Positions 17,945 through 25,384 of a DNA stretch of 32,000 bases are shown here, in pieces. The DNA is from Verrucomicrobiota bacterium (GTDB lineage: Bacteria; Verrucomicrobiota; Verrucomicrobiia; Chthoniobacterales; UBA6821), in NCBI GenBank assembly GCA_008932965.1, contig WBXG01000001.1:25975-57974 (forward strand), written 5' to 3'. The position numbers and the translations under genes were made by a program. The notes beneath the pieces are model-generated. The model was not told the DNA's origin, searched no databases, and worked only from the letters and a program-made list of their open reading frames with translations. Numbering within the stretch: the stretch's first letter is position 1; each line of letters starts with the position of its first letter.

Positions 17945-18854
17945 TACTTTTGAGCCTTATGAACAAGTAGCCCATTTTACGGAGCAGCGGATCAAAAAAC
18001 ATTGGGCAGCACATCCTCCCCTTTTTTTTTCTGGTTTAGTGCGTGATCAGGATCTTTATTTCAATTTTAAAAGTGATTCACGAAATTGGATGGGAGTGAC
18101 CTTAGAGGCGGTCGAAGAAATGCTCTATCGTCGATTTACCCATGTATATTTAATCCTTGATGATCATCCTCCAGTAGGAGCGTGTGATGATATTTTTTTA
18201 AATGAGACCTTGCCCGCTCTTGCAGTAAAACTCGATGCCGTCACTATAGGACTTCTCGGTTATGGGCAGCATCGAGACCCTCACGGAGTCATTCTAGAGA
18301 AAGAAAATGGCTTCCTAGAACAATGTTCTTCGACAGCTCCATGGAAGTTTTCACTGCATCCTGGGTTGTGGAAGCTTGAAGCATTGCAACTCATTTTAGA
18401 AGAACGACTGAATCAATATGGTGAGGGGAAACGAACTGCATGGAATTTTGAGCGTCATCAGGATCAGCCTGAGGATCCCATTTTAAAAACTCTGTTACAT
18501 CGATGCTTTCGTATTTCTGGAGAACATTTTTTAAAAGAACCCAAAAAAATGAAGTTTGAAATAATAAAAGAGGGTATCGAGCGTTTTGGAGTTGATCTAA
18601 TGCTCTATCTAACAAAAAAAAGGGGAGGTGCTCCAGCTCGCCTGGAGCTAGAAAAAAAAGAGTTGTGGCGTTATGGTCACTACTTAGGTCCTTATCCTAT
18701 TTTTTGGAGCGGTCTCATGCAACAAGGAAGACCCCATAGGGGGTTTGAAAGGTGGCTTTTATCTTGCGGAAATCGAGAGCTTCAAAAGGAATGGAAAAAT
18801 TTAAAATCTCTTTTGGAGTCAAATTCATCTCTTAACCCGGATATTTCACACTAA
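17925..18854 (+). CDS. Hypothetical protein, overlapping the GT2 gene by 20 nt; its last 7 codons and stop are encoded by a MITE copy
   Basis: 309-aa ORF with protein-like composition and no motif that I can assign firmly. LILDDHPP could be a DXD-like motif. The C-terminus ...SSLNPDISH* is read from TTAACCCGGATATTTCACACTAA. Confidence 0.55.
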   Translation: MTGILLSTFEPYEQVAHFTEQRIKKHWAAHPPLFFSGLVRDQDLYFNFKSDSRNWMGVTLEAVEEMLYRRFTHVYLILDDHPPVGACDDIFLNETLPALAVKLDAVTIGLLGYGQHRDPHGVILEKENGFLEQCSSTAPWKFSLHPGLWKLEALQLILEERLNQYGEGKRTAWNFERHQDQPEDPILKTLLHRCFRISGEHFLKEPKKMKFEIIKEGIERFGVDLMLYLTKKRGGAPARLELEKKELWRYGHYLGPYPIFWSGLMQQGRPHRGFERWLLSCGNRELQKEWKNLKSLLESNSSLNPDISH

Positions 18855-19016
18855 TCTACTGCGGAGGCCGGAAAGCAAGGATGGATGCTGCGTTAGACTC
18901 ACATTTTGATTTGGACAGTATGTACACATACAGCCCGGCATCAAAATGCTCGTCTGCCTTACCCCATCAGCCTTCGCGGTCTCCTCGTCACGATCAGTAT
19001 GAAATATGCGGGTTAA
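18832..19016 (+). mobile_element. MITE-like repeat, full copy (subfamily 1), flanked by TTAA/TTAA
   Basis: The termini are TTAACCCGGATATTTCACACTAATC and GATCAGTATGAAATATGCGGGTTAA. It is near-identical to 333-517. Confidence 0.9.
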
Positions 19017-19115
19017 AGCCAGGGCAGTCTCCCCCGCGGTCTCCCGACCGCCGGTGGTGTCTGCATCAGGATTCGCGGCGCCTCGCGACGAATCAGTATG
19101 AAATATGCGGGTTAA
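19017..19115 (+). mobile_element. Half copy of the MITE-like repeat (right arm only, GC-rich left part), in tandem with the preceding copy
   Basis: It ends in CGCGACGAATCAGTATGAAATATGCGGGTTAA, which matches the family right arm. It has no left TIR. Confidence 0.65.
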
Positions 19116-19237
19116 GTGGAAATAAAACCTTGGAATTAAAAATATCGTTCACCCCCTTTTTAAAAATTAAAAATAATCAGTTGTTTCTTTTATGGACTTT
19201 GTGTAAAGCAGTGCACCGCTAATTACACAATTATTCT

Positions 19238-21304
19238 ATGTTTAATCTTACACAACTCTCTGAGAACGGTATTACTCTTGCCATGATCTGCGGATCGCTT
19301 GGCATTCTTGTTGCACTGGTTCTTATTCGCTCCATTCTCAAAGCACCCGCTGGTACCAGTAAGATGGGTACGATTGCTGCCGCAATTCAAGAAGGGGCCA
19401 AAGCCTATCTCAATCGTCAAATCACGGCCATTTCTCTCATCGCCATTGTGATCTTCGGTGCTCTTTACTATTTTAAAGGTCAGACCACTTCGACCGGTTT
19501 TGTGATCGGTGCTTTTTGTTCCCTGGCAGCTGGGTATGTCGGCATGCGTATTGCCGTTGTTGCTAATCTCCGTACAGCTGCTGGTGCCTTGCTCTCTCGT
19601 CACTCTGCTATGCAGATGGCTTTTAGCGGAGGTGCGGTTACTGGATTATTAGTTGTAGGACTGGCACTCCTTTCGGTAGGAGGATTCTTTCTTGCTGCAT
19701 GTCATTTTTTAGGGGAAGCCGAAGCAGTCAATAGTCTTATTGGCTTGGCCCTAGGAGCCAGTCTAATCAGCGTCTTTGCACGTCTTGGTGGTGGTATTTA
19801 TACAAAAGCAGCCGACGTGGGTGCCGACCTTGTCGGTAAGATCGAGCAAAACCTCGATGAAGATGATCCACGTAACCCTGCTACCATTGCCGATAATGTG
19901 GGAGATAATGTTGGGGACTGTGCAGGAATGGCTGCAGATGTCTTTGAAACCTATGCAGTCAGCTTGATCGGGGCTATTTTTGTAGGATTTCTCATGCTCA
20001 AAGGAACTCCTGCCGCAATGATCTATCCCTTTATTCTTGGAGGAATCTCGGTTATCGGTTCTATCTTTGCCATTTTCTATGTGAATGCTTCCAAACAAAA
20101 GCCAGGAGCATCCCTCATTACGGCTGTCGTTTTAAACGTTCTCTTCTCAGCAGTGCTTTTTTACCCAGCAACCCATCTTCTTTTCCCAACAGCCCTTGAA
20201 GTTGCTGGAAAAGTCATTACAGCCAACGGCCTCTATGCCGCGGCTCTTATTGGTCTGGTGATGACAGCAATCATCGTTCTCATTACGAATTATTTCACCT
20301 CCACCCATTATGAACCTGTCCGACGTATTGCACGTGCATCAGAGACTGGGCACGGAACCAATATTATTGCTGGTATTGCCGTAGGAAATCACGCCACAGT
20401 GCTTCCTGCCGTTTTCATTATCGCTGCTATTTTAGGAAGTTTTGAGCTTGCAGGCCTCTATGGAGTGGCCGTTGCGGTGATGAGTATGCTCTCCCTATCT
20501 GGAATTGTTATCTCGCTCGATGCTTTTGGTCCTATCACTGATAATGCAGGTGGAATTGCGGTGATGAGTGAATCTCCTAAGTCCGCACGTGAAATCACCG
20601 ATGAACTCGATGCAGTTGGCAATACAATGAAAGCGGTTACCAAAGGATATGCTATTGCTTCTGCAGGTCTTGCAGCGCTTGTTCTTTTTGGTTCTTATGT
20701 TGAAGAGCTCAAAAATCATATGATTGGAGAGGTAGCACTCTCCTTCTCTCTCTCCGATCCTCGTGTGATTGCTGGTCTTCTTATCGGTGGATTACTTCCT
20801 TTTGTCTTCTCTGCATTCAGTATTGATGCGGTTGGCAAAGCAGCTGGGGCTGTTGTCTTAGAAGTGCGCCGTCAGCTGAAACTTCATCCTGGAATCCTCA
20901 CCGGTAAAGATACACCTGAGTATGGTACTTGTGTTGATATTGTCACCAAAGCAGCCCTTCGTGAAATGATCATCCCTGCGCTACTTCCGATAGTAACAGT
21001 GATTGCTGTCGGATTTATTCCATGGCTAGGTGCTGTGGCTCTTGGGGGTGTGCTTGTAGGAACCATTGTAACAGGACTTTTCTTGGCAATCTCGATGACC
21101 TCGAGTGGTGGTGCTTGGGACAATGCGAAAAAATATATTGAAGAAGGAAACCATGGTGGTAAAGGCTCCTCAGCTCACTCTGCTGCTGTCACTGGAGACA
21201 CCGTAGGTGATCCTTACAAAGATACTGCAGGTCCTGCGATTAACCCGATGATTAAGGTGGTTAATATTGTAGCGATTCTCATCGTTCCTCTCTTGTTTAA
21301 ATAA
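19238..21304 (+). CDS. hppA: Membrane-bound H+-translocating pyrophosphatase, K+-independent type
   Basis: The blocks are [61 protein letters not shown] and [39 protein letters not shown] has Lys at the Ala/Lys position associated with K+ independence. Confidence 0.9.
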   Translation: MFNLTQLSENGITLAMICGSLGILVALVLIRSILKAPAGTSKMGTIAAAIQEGAKAYLNRQITAISLIAIVIFGALYYFKGQTTSTGFVIGAFCSLAAGYVGMRIAVVANLRTAAGALLSRHSAMQMAFSGGAVTGLLVVGLALLSVGGFFLAACHFLGEAEAVNSLIGLALGASLISVFARLGGGIYTKAADVGADLVGKIEQNLDEDDPRNPATIADNVGDNVGDCAGMAADVFETYAVSLIGAIFVGFLMLKGTPAAMIYPFILGGISVIGSIFAIFYVNASKQKPGASLITAVVLNVLFSAVLFYPATHLLFPTALEVAGKVITANGLYAAALIGLVMTAIIVLITNYFTSTHYEPVRRIARASETGHGTNIIAGIAVGNHATVLPAVFIIAAILGSFELAGLYGVAVAVMSMLSLSGIVISLDAFGPITDNAGGIAVMSESPKSAREITDELDAVGNTMKAVTKGYAIASAGLAALVLFGSYVEELKNHMIGEVALSFSLSDPRVIAGLLIGGLLPFVFSAFSIDAVGKAAGAVVLEVRRQLKLHPGILTGKDTPEYGTCVDIVTKAALREMIIPALLPIVTVIAVGFIPWLGAVALGGVLVGTIVTGLFLAISMTSSGGAWDNAKKYIEEGNHGGKGSSAHSAAVTGDTVGDPYKDTAGPAINPMIKVVNIVAILIVPLLFK

Positions 21305-21346
21305 AAAAAAGAAGAATTTACAGGGTGGAAGAAGAAAAATATCCCC

Positions 21347-21664
21347 ATGAATCTTCTTCCTCCTCGTATTGCTGTTATTGGTAGTGAGCTCGTGTTGGCG
21401 TGGAGTGATGATGTCGAAGAATACCTGCCGCTGCGTACATTGCGTGAAGCCTGTCCCTGCGCTGTGTGTGCCGGAGAGCCTGATGTGATGGGTCAGATGC
21501 CTTCCTTAGAAAAAAAAACATTCACTTCAGAAAGTTTTGTATTAACAAAATATACATTTGTGGGAGGCTATGCGCTGCAATTTTTCTGGGGCGATGGGCA
21601 TAGCAGTGGGATTTATTCTTTTGAGTATTTGAAAAATATTGACCCTAAAACAATAAACCAATAA
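21347..21664 (+). CDS. DUF971 family protein
   Basis: 105 aa with the L(V)LAWSDD, LRTLREACPCAVCAGEP and GDGHSSGIYSFEYL blocks that I associate with DUF971 (gamma-butyrobetaine hydroxylase-like N-terminal domain). Confidence 0.65.
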   Translation: MNLLPPRIAVIGSELVLAWSDDVEEYLPLRTLREACPCAVCAGEPDVMGQMPSLEKKTFTSESFVLTKYTFVGGYALQFFWGDGHSSGIYSFEYLKNIDPKTINQ

Positions 21665-21676
21665 ATATGGGTCGCT

Positions 21677-22119
21677 ATGAATGTGAAAACTACATTAGAA
21701 CTTCCAGCTCCACTTCTTCATCAGGTTAACCCGGATATTTCACACTAAATCTATTACGGCTTGTGGAAAGCTCCTCATTACTGTGTTGGTCTCGAATTGT
21801 GATTTGGGCGGTATGTACTCATACAGCCCGGCATCACAATCCTTCGCCCGCCTTGTACTAATAAGCTTTGCACGGCGCCTCATGACGATTCAGTATGAAA
21901 TATCCGGGTTAAGACTGCGGCGTTGCAGTGTCATACGACCATGAAAGAATTTTTTGTGAGGCCTTGAAAGAAAAATTAGCTAGAACTTCACGAGTTAATA
22001 CTGTGCGACATCGAACTGTCATTCCTCCACCTCCAAAGATTCCACGCAAGGAGCTCGAAGCCATTAAAAGAAAAATTTTAGATGCTGCTGCTGAAATTCA
22101 TCCTGACGATTGGAAATGA
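21677..22119 (+). pseudogene. vapB: VapB-type antitoxin gene split by a MITE insertion and carrying a 1-nt frameshift in a T6 run; a C-terminal 63-codon ORF (21928-22119, GTG start) remains
   Basis: The N-terminal piece MNVKTTLELPAPLLHQV runs into the repeat and stops (..NPDISH*). Removing 21726-21912 minus one TTAA (183 nt) joins it in frame to KTAALQCHTTMKEFF. Adding one T to the run at 21950-21955 continues into CEALKEKLARTS...DDWK*. The stop overlaps the vapC ATG (ATGA). Confidence 0.55.
21726..21912 (+). mobile_element. MITE-like repeat, full copy (subfamily 2), flanked by TTAA/TTAA, inserted in vapB
   Basis: The termini are TTAACCCGGATATTTCACACTAAATC and GATTCAGTATGAAATATCCGGGTTAA. It shares the core ATGTACTCATACAGCCCGGCATCACAAT with subfamily 1. 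Confidence 0.9.
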
Positions 22120-22496
22120 TATTAGATACTAATGCTATTTCAGCGATGTCTCGTGAGGACAGAGAAATTGAAATTGTTGTACAAGAATTAGTGCAACCAT
22201 ATCTTTCGGTTCCAGTTTTGGCAGAGTATCACTATGGATTGATCAATTCACGGCATCAAAAAGTATTAGAAGCATGGCTTGACGAATTGAAATCATCATG
22301 GCCTGTATTGATACTCGATGTCATGACGGTGTATTTCTATGCAGAGATAAGAAATAAATTAAAAAAGAAAGGAAACATGATTCCTGTTAATGATCTTTGG
22401 ATTTCTGCACTCGCTGTTCAACATAGATTGCCCATCCTTTCTGAAGATCGTCATTTCGATCGTATCGATGGTGTTGAACGGATAGGATGGAAATAG
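22116..22496 (+). CDS. vapC: PIN-domain ribonuclease toxin VapC
   Basis: It has the MILDTNAIS start with the conserved acidic residue, and a C-terminal SEDRHFDRI block. There is a 4-nt ATGA overlap with the upstream antitoxin ORF. The ORF track uses a TTG at 22110. Confidence 0.8.
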   Translation: MILDTNAISAMSREDREIEIVVQELVQPYLSVPVLAEYHYGLINSRHQKVLEAWLDELKSSWPVLILDVMTVYFYAEIRNKLKKKGNMIPVNDLWISALAVQHRLPILSEDRHFDRIDGVERIGWK

Positions 22497-22497
22497 A

Positions 22498-23685
22498 ATG
22501 ATTCGTTCTCCTCAACATCGCCGCTGGATTATTGTCGTTCTTGGTTTTTTAAGTGCCACCAATCCTCTTTCAACCGACATGTACTTGCCGGCATTCCAGG
22601 AAATTGCCCATGATTTACATACAACCACTGCAAGTTTATCCTTCACCCTTTCAAGTTATTTTATTGGGATCGGTATCGGGCAAATGATTTATGGCCCACT
22701 CCTAGATCGTTTCGGCCGCAAGAAGCCTCTCTATCTGGGGCTTTCACTCTACATTATTGCTTCGGTCGGGTGCATTTTTTCTCACAATTTAGAGGAGCTG
22801 GTAGTATGGCGATTTTTAACTGCAGTGGGTGGGTGTGTTTCTACGGTGGTGAGTATGGCCATGGTGCGCGACCTATTTTCGGTAGAGGAGAGTCCTAAGG
22901 TTTTTTCTCTATTGATGCTTGTTCTAGGTGTTTCTCCTCTCCTCGCTCCGAGTGCGGGAAGCTTTGTTGCAGCTCATATTGGATGGTACGGCTCCTTCCT
23001 TATTTTGATTTTTCTTGTGGGACTGATGATGATTTTAGCAGCGCTTGTCCTTCCAGAAAGTCATCCAGGAGACCCGACCGTTCAACTAACCCCAGGTCCA
23101 ATTCTACGAAATTATTGGAGGGTATTTCGGGATCGTCAATTTTTTACCTTTGCTCTTATTGGAGCATTTTCTTTTGCCTCCCTATTTGGCTTTATTGCTG
23201 CTTCTCCTGTGCTTCTCTTCACTTTTTTTAAAGTGAGCATCTATAGTTACGGGTTGATTTTCACCTCCCTTGCTGCTGGCTATATTAGCGGTAGTCAAGT
23301 CAATCTCCTTCTGTTACGGCGTTTTGCTAATCGTGAGGTTCTTAACATTGCTATTAGTTTTCAACTGGTCCTGTGCCTCACCTTTGCAGCTGTTACTTGG
23401 ATGAATTGGGTTACGCTCCCTCTTGTCTTTGCCTTACTTTTTGGGATGCTCTTATCCATCGGATGTGCTTCTCCTAATGCAACAGCCCTAGCGATGGCTC
23501 CTTTCGCTAAAAAAGCAGGAAGAGCTTCTGCACTTTTTAATACGATTCAGATTTTTCTAGGAACTATGGCCTCGGTGGCTATTGGACTTATTCAAATAAA
23601 AACGATGTTTCCCATTGCGCTTGTTTTCGCCATTCCTCCCTTGGTTGCAGGAGTTCTCCTTTATTACAAAAAAAATTCACCTTGA
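22498..23685 (+). CDS. MFS multidrug efflux transporter, Bcr/CflA family
   Basis: 395 aa with about 12 TM segments. The MFS motif A is GPLLDRFGRKKPL, and the N-terminal LSTDMYLPAF block is typical of Bcr/CflA. Confidence 0.8.
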   Translation: MIRSPQHRRWIIVVLGFLSATNPLSTDMYLPAFQEIAHDLHTTTASLSFTLSSYFIGIGIGQMIYGPLLDRFGRKKPLYLGLSLYIIASVGCIFSHNLEELVVWRFLTAVGGCVSTVVSMAMVRDLFSVEESPKVFSLLMLVLGVSPLLAPSAGSFVAAHIGWYGSFLILIFLVGLMMILAALVLPESHPGDPTVQLTPGPILRNYWRVFRDRQFFTFALIGAFSFASLFGFIAASPVLLFTFFKVSIYSYGLIFTSLAAGYISGSQVNLLLLRRFANREVLNIAISFQLVLCLTFAAVTWMNWVTLPLVFALLFGMLLSIGCASPNATALAMAPFAKKAGRASALFNTIQIFLGTMASVAIGLIQIKTMFPIALVFAIPPLVAGVLLYYKKNSP

Positions 23686-23848
23686 GTGAAAATTAGCCTT
23701 TTCAGCAGAGTTTGCTAAGGACTAAAGTAATCCTCCTGGAAATCCAAAATAGGGTGGTATCGTGGAGTTATAATTCTCTTTCTGGTTTACAAAAGCTTCG
23801 CAATCCCGGGATGGACCCTTATTAGTTGTCACAGTTGCTATTTTTATT

Positions 23849-24766
23849 ATGGAACAAGTCATCATTGTTGGGACCGGATGTGCCGGATTAACAGCAGCCA
23901 TCTATACTGCACGAGCCAACCTCTCACCTCTCGTGCTCGAGGGGAGCCAGCCCGGAGGTCAGCTCACCACGACTACCGAGGTTGAGAATTTTCCAGGATT
24001 TCCGGAGGGAATTGATGGATCTGAACTCATCATGCGGATGCACAAGCAGGCAGAGCGCTTTGGAGCTCGGTTTGTCTATGGGAGTGTGGATGAGTTTGAA
24101 CATCGTGAGGGAATCAATTGTGTGAAGGTCGATGGAAAATGGCTTGAAACCAAGGCGCTCATTATTGCCAGTGGAGCCTCGGCACGCTGGCTCGGCCTTC
24201 CTGGAGAGAAGGAACTTGTCGGGCATGGACTCACTTCGTGTGCAACTTGTGACGGGGCATTTTATAAAAATGTCCCTGTTTGTGTCGTTGGCGGTGGTGA
24301 TTCTGCTTGTGAGGAGGCCCTTTTCTTGACCCGATTTGCGTCCGAAGTCTACCTCATCCATCGTCGTGACTCGCTGCGTGCTTCCAAAATCATGGCAGAT
24401 CGAGCCCTGGCTCATCCGAAGATCAAGCCACTCTGGAATAGCGCTGTAGTCGAGTATGTAGCCGATAGTGAAAAAAAGATGCGTGCAGTACTCCTTCAAG
24501 ATCTCACCTCCAACGCTACAAGGGAACTTGAAGTCAAATGTGTCTTCGTCGCCATCGGGCATAATGCTAACACCGGTCCTTTCGCTGGAAAGTTGGATAT
24601 TGACAACAAAGGGTACCTTAGTCCAAAACAGGGGACCGAAATGAATCTTCCGGGGGTCTTTGCCGCTGGAGATGTTGCGGATCAAGTCTACCGACAAGCA
24701 GTGACCGCTGCAGGCCTTGGATGTGCAGCAGCGATTTCGGCAGAAAGATGGTTAGCAGAGCAGTAG
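23849..24766 (+). CDS. trxB: Thioredoxin-disulfide reductase
   Basis: The FAD site is [12 protein letters not shown], the redox centre is CATCDG, the NADPH site is [12 protein letters not shown], and there is a GVFAAGDV block. Confidence 0.92.
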   Translation: MEQVIIVGTGCAGLTAAIYTARANLSPLVLEGSQPGGQLTTTTEVENFPGFPEGIDGSELIMRMHKQAERFGARFVYGSVDEFEHREGINCVKVDGKWLETKALIIASGASARWLGLPGEKELVGHGLTSCATCDGAFYKNVPVCVVGGGDSACEEALFLTRFASEVYLIHRRDSLRASKIMADRALAHPKIKPLWNSAVVEYVADSEKKMRAVLLQDLTSNATRELEVKCVFVAIGHNANTGPFAGKLDIDNKGYLSPKQGTEMNLPGVFAAGDVADQVYRQAVTAAGLGCAAAISAERWLAEQ

Positions 24767-24802
24767 GGAGAGGCTAGCAATTAATTTTAAACCAAGAGAA
24801 TC

Positions 24803-25315
24803 ATGGATGAAGTACTTCAAGATCAAGCAGAGGCATTGGTCGAATCTTTAGGAAAGTATTTCAATATCGATGGTCTCATTTTTGACGACGAAGATGATAC
24901 CTGTCTCATTCGTTTCGATGAAAAAAACCTGGTAACTCTCACATGGCTTGAGGAGGGTAATGTCATCATGATCGATGAATTTATTACGACACTCTCTCTT
25001 CAAGATAGGGTAGATCGGCATGAGATCGTGGAAAACATGTTAGAAGCAAATGTATTCTGGATGCAAACAAAAGGGGCGACTCTTAGTATGCACTCTGAAA
25101 GTGGCACCGTCATTGCAGCTCGCCGGCTTCCTGTATACGGTCGTGATGGAGTGATGATTGCCGTTGAAGTTCTAGGAAGCTGCATTCGAGATCTTGTAAG
25201 CTTAGCTTCACAGTGGCGCTCTCTTTTAGAAACAGGAGAAGCAAATGCTTCTAAGTTGTATCCATTAGATACAAGTGAAAGTGATTCTAAAGGATTTTTA
25301 GAAAATAGAGGTTAA
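24803..25315 (+). CDS. Class I type III secretion chaperone (CesT/SycE-like)
   Basis: 170 aa and acidic. The pattern LGKYFNIDGLIFDDEDDTCLIRFDEKNLVTLTWLEEGNVIMIDEFI ... MLEANVFWMQTKGATLSMHSESGTVIAARRLPV follows the CesT-family consensus as I remember it (L.FDE.G.C.L.FD....V.LE......L.L, then LLE.N.F...T.GA.LAL....G.L.L...LP). Confidence 0.72.
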   Translation: MDEVLQDQAEALVESLGKYFNIDGLIFDDEDDTCLIRFDEKNLVTLTWLEEGNVIMIDEFITTLSLQDRVDRHEIVENMLEANVFWMQTKGATLSMHSESGTVIAARRLPVYGRDGVMIAVEVLGSCIRDLVSLASQWRSLLETGEANASKLYPLDTSESDSKGFLENRG

Positions 25316-25384
25316 AGGTTATTAAATTTAGTAATCTCGTATCATCTTCATCAGTCTAAAACAGCCGACTACTAACAATAAAAG

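Noticed and set aside
18881-19222. 113-aa ORF in the track (MDAALDSHFDLDSMYTYSPASKCSS...QYEICGL...QYEICGL...)
   Set aside because: It is simply a translation of MITE copy 18832-19016 plus the half copy. The repeated QYEICGL peptide is the translated right TIR. The same frame is closed by a stop in copy 333-517.
22110-22115. TTG start for vapC as given in the ORF track
   Set aside because: The ATG at 22116 gives the canonical MILDTN PIN N-terminus and forms an ATGA overlap with the upstream ORF stop. I used that start instead.
23924-24697. 257-aa ORF antisense to trxB, and similar long shadow ORFs such as 15076-15603, 10331-10696 and 19223-19603
   Set aside because: They are fully contained within, or antisense to, CDS with strong family motifs (trxB, pstC, lptD, hppA). 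No motifs are recognisable, so they are typical shadow ORFs.
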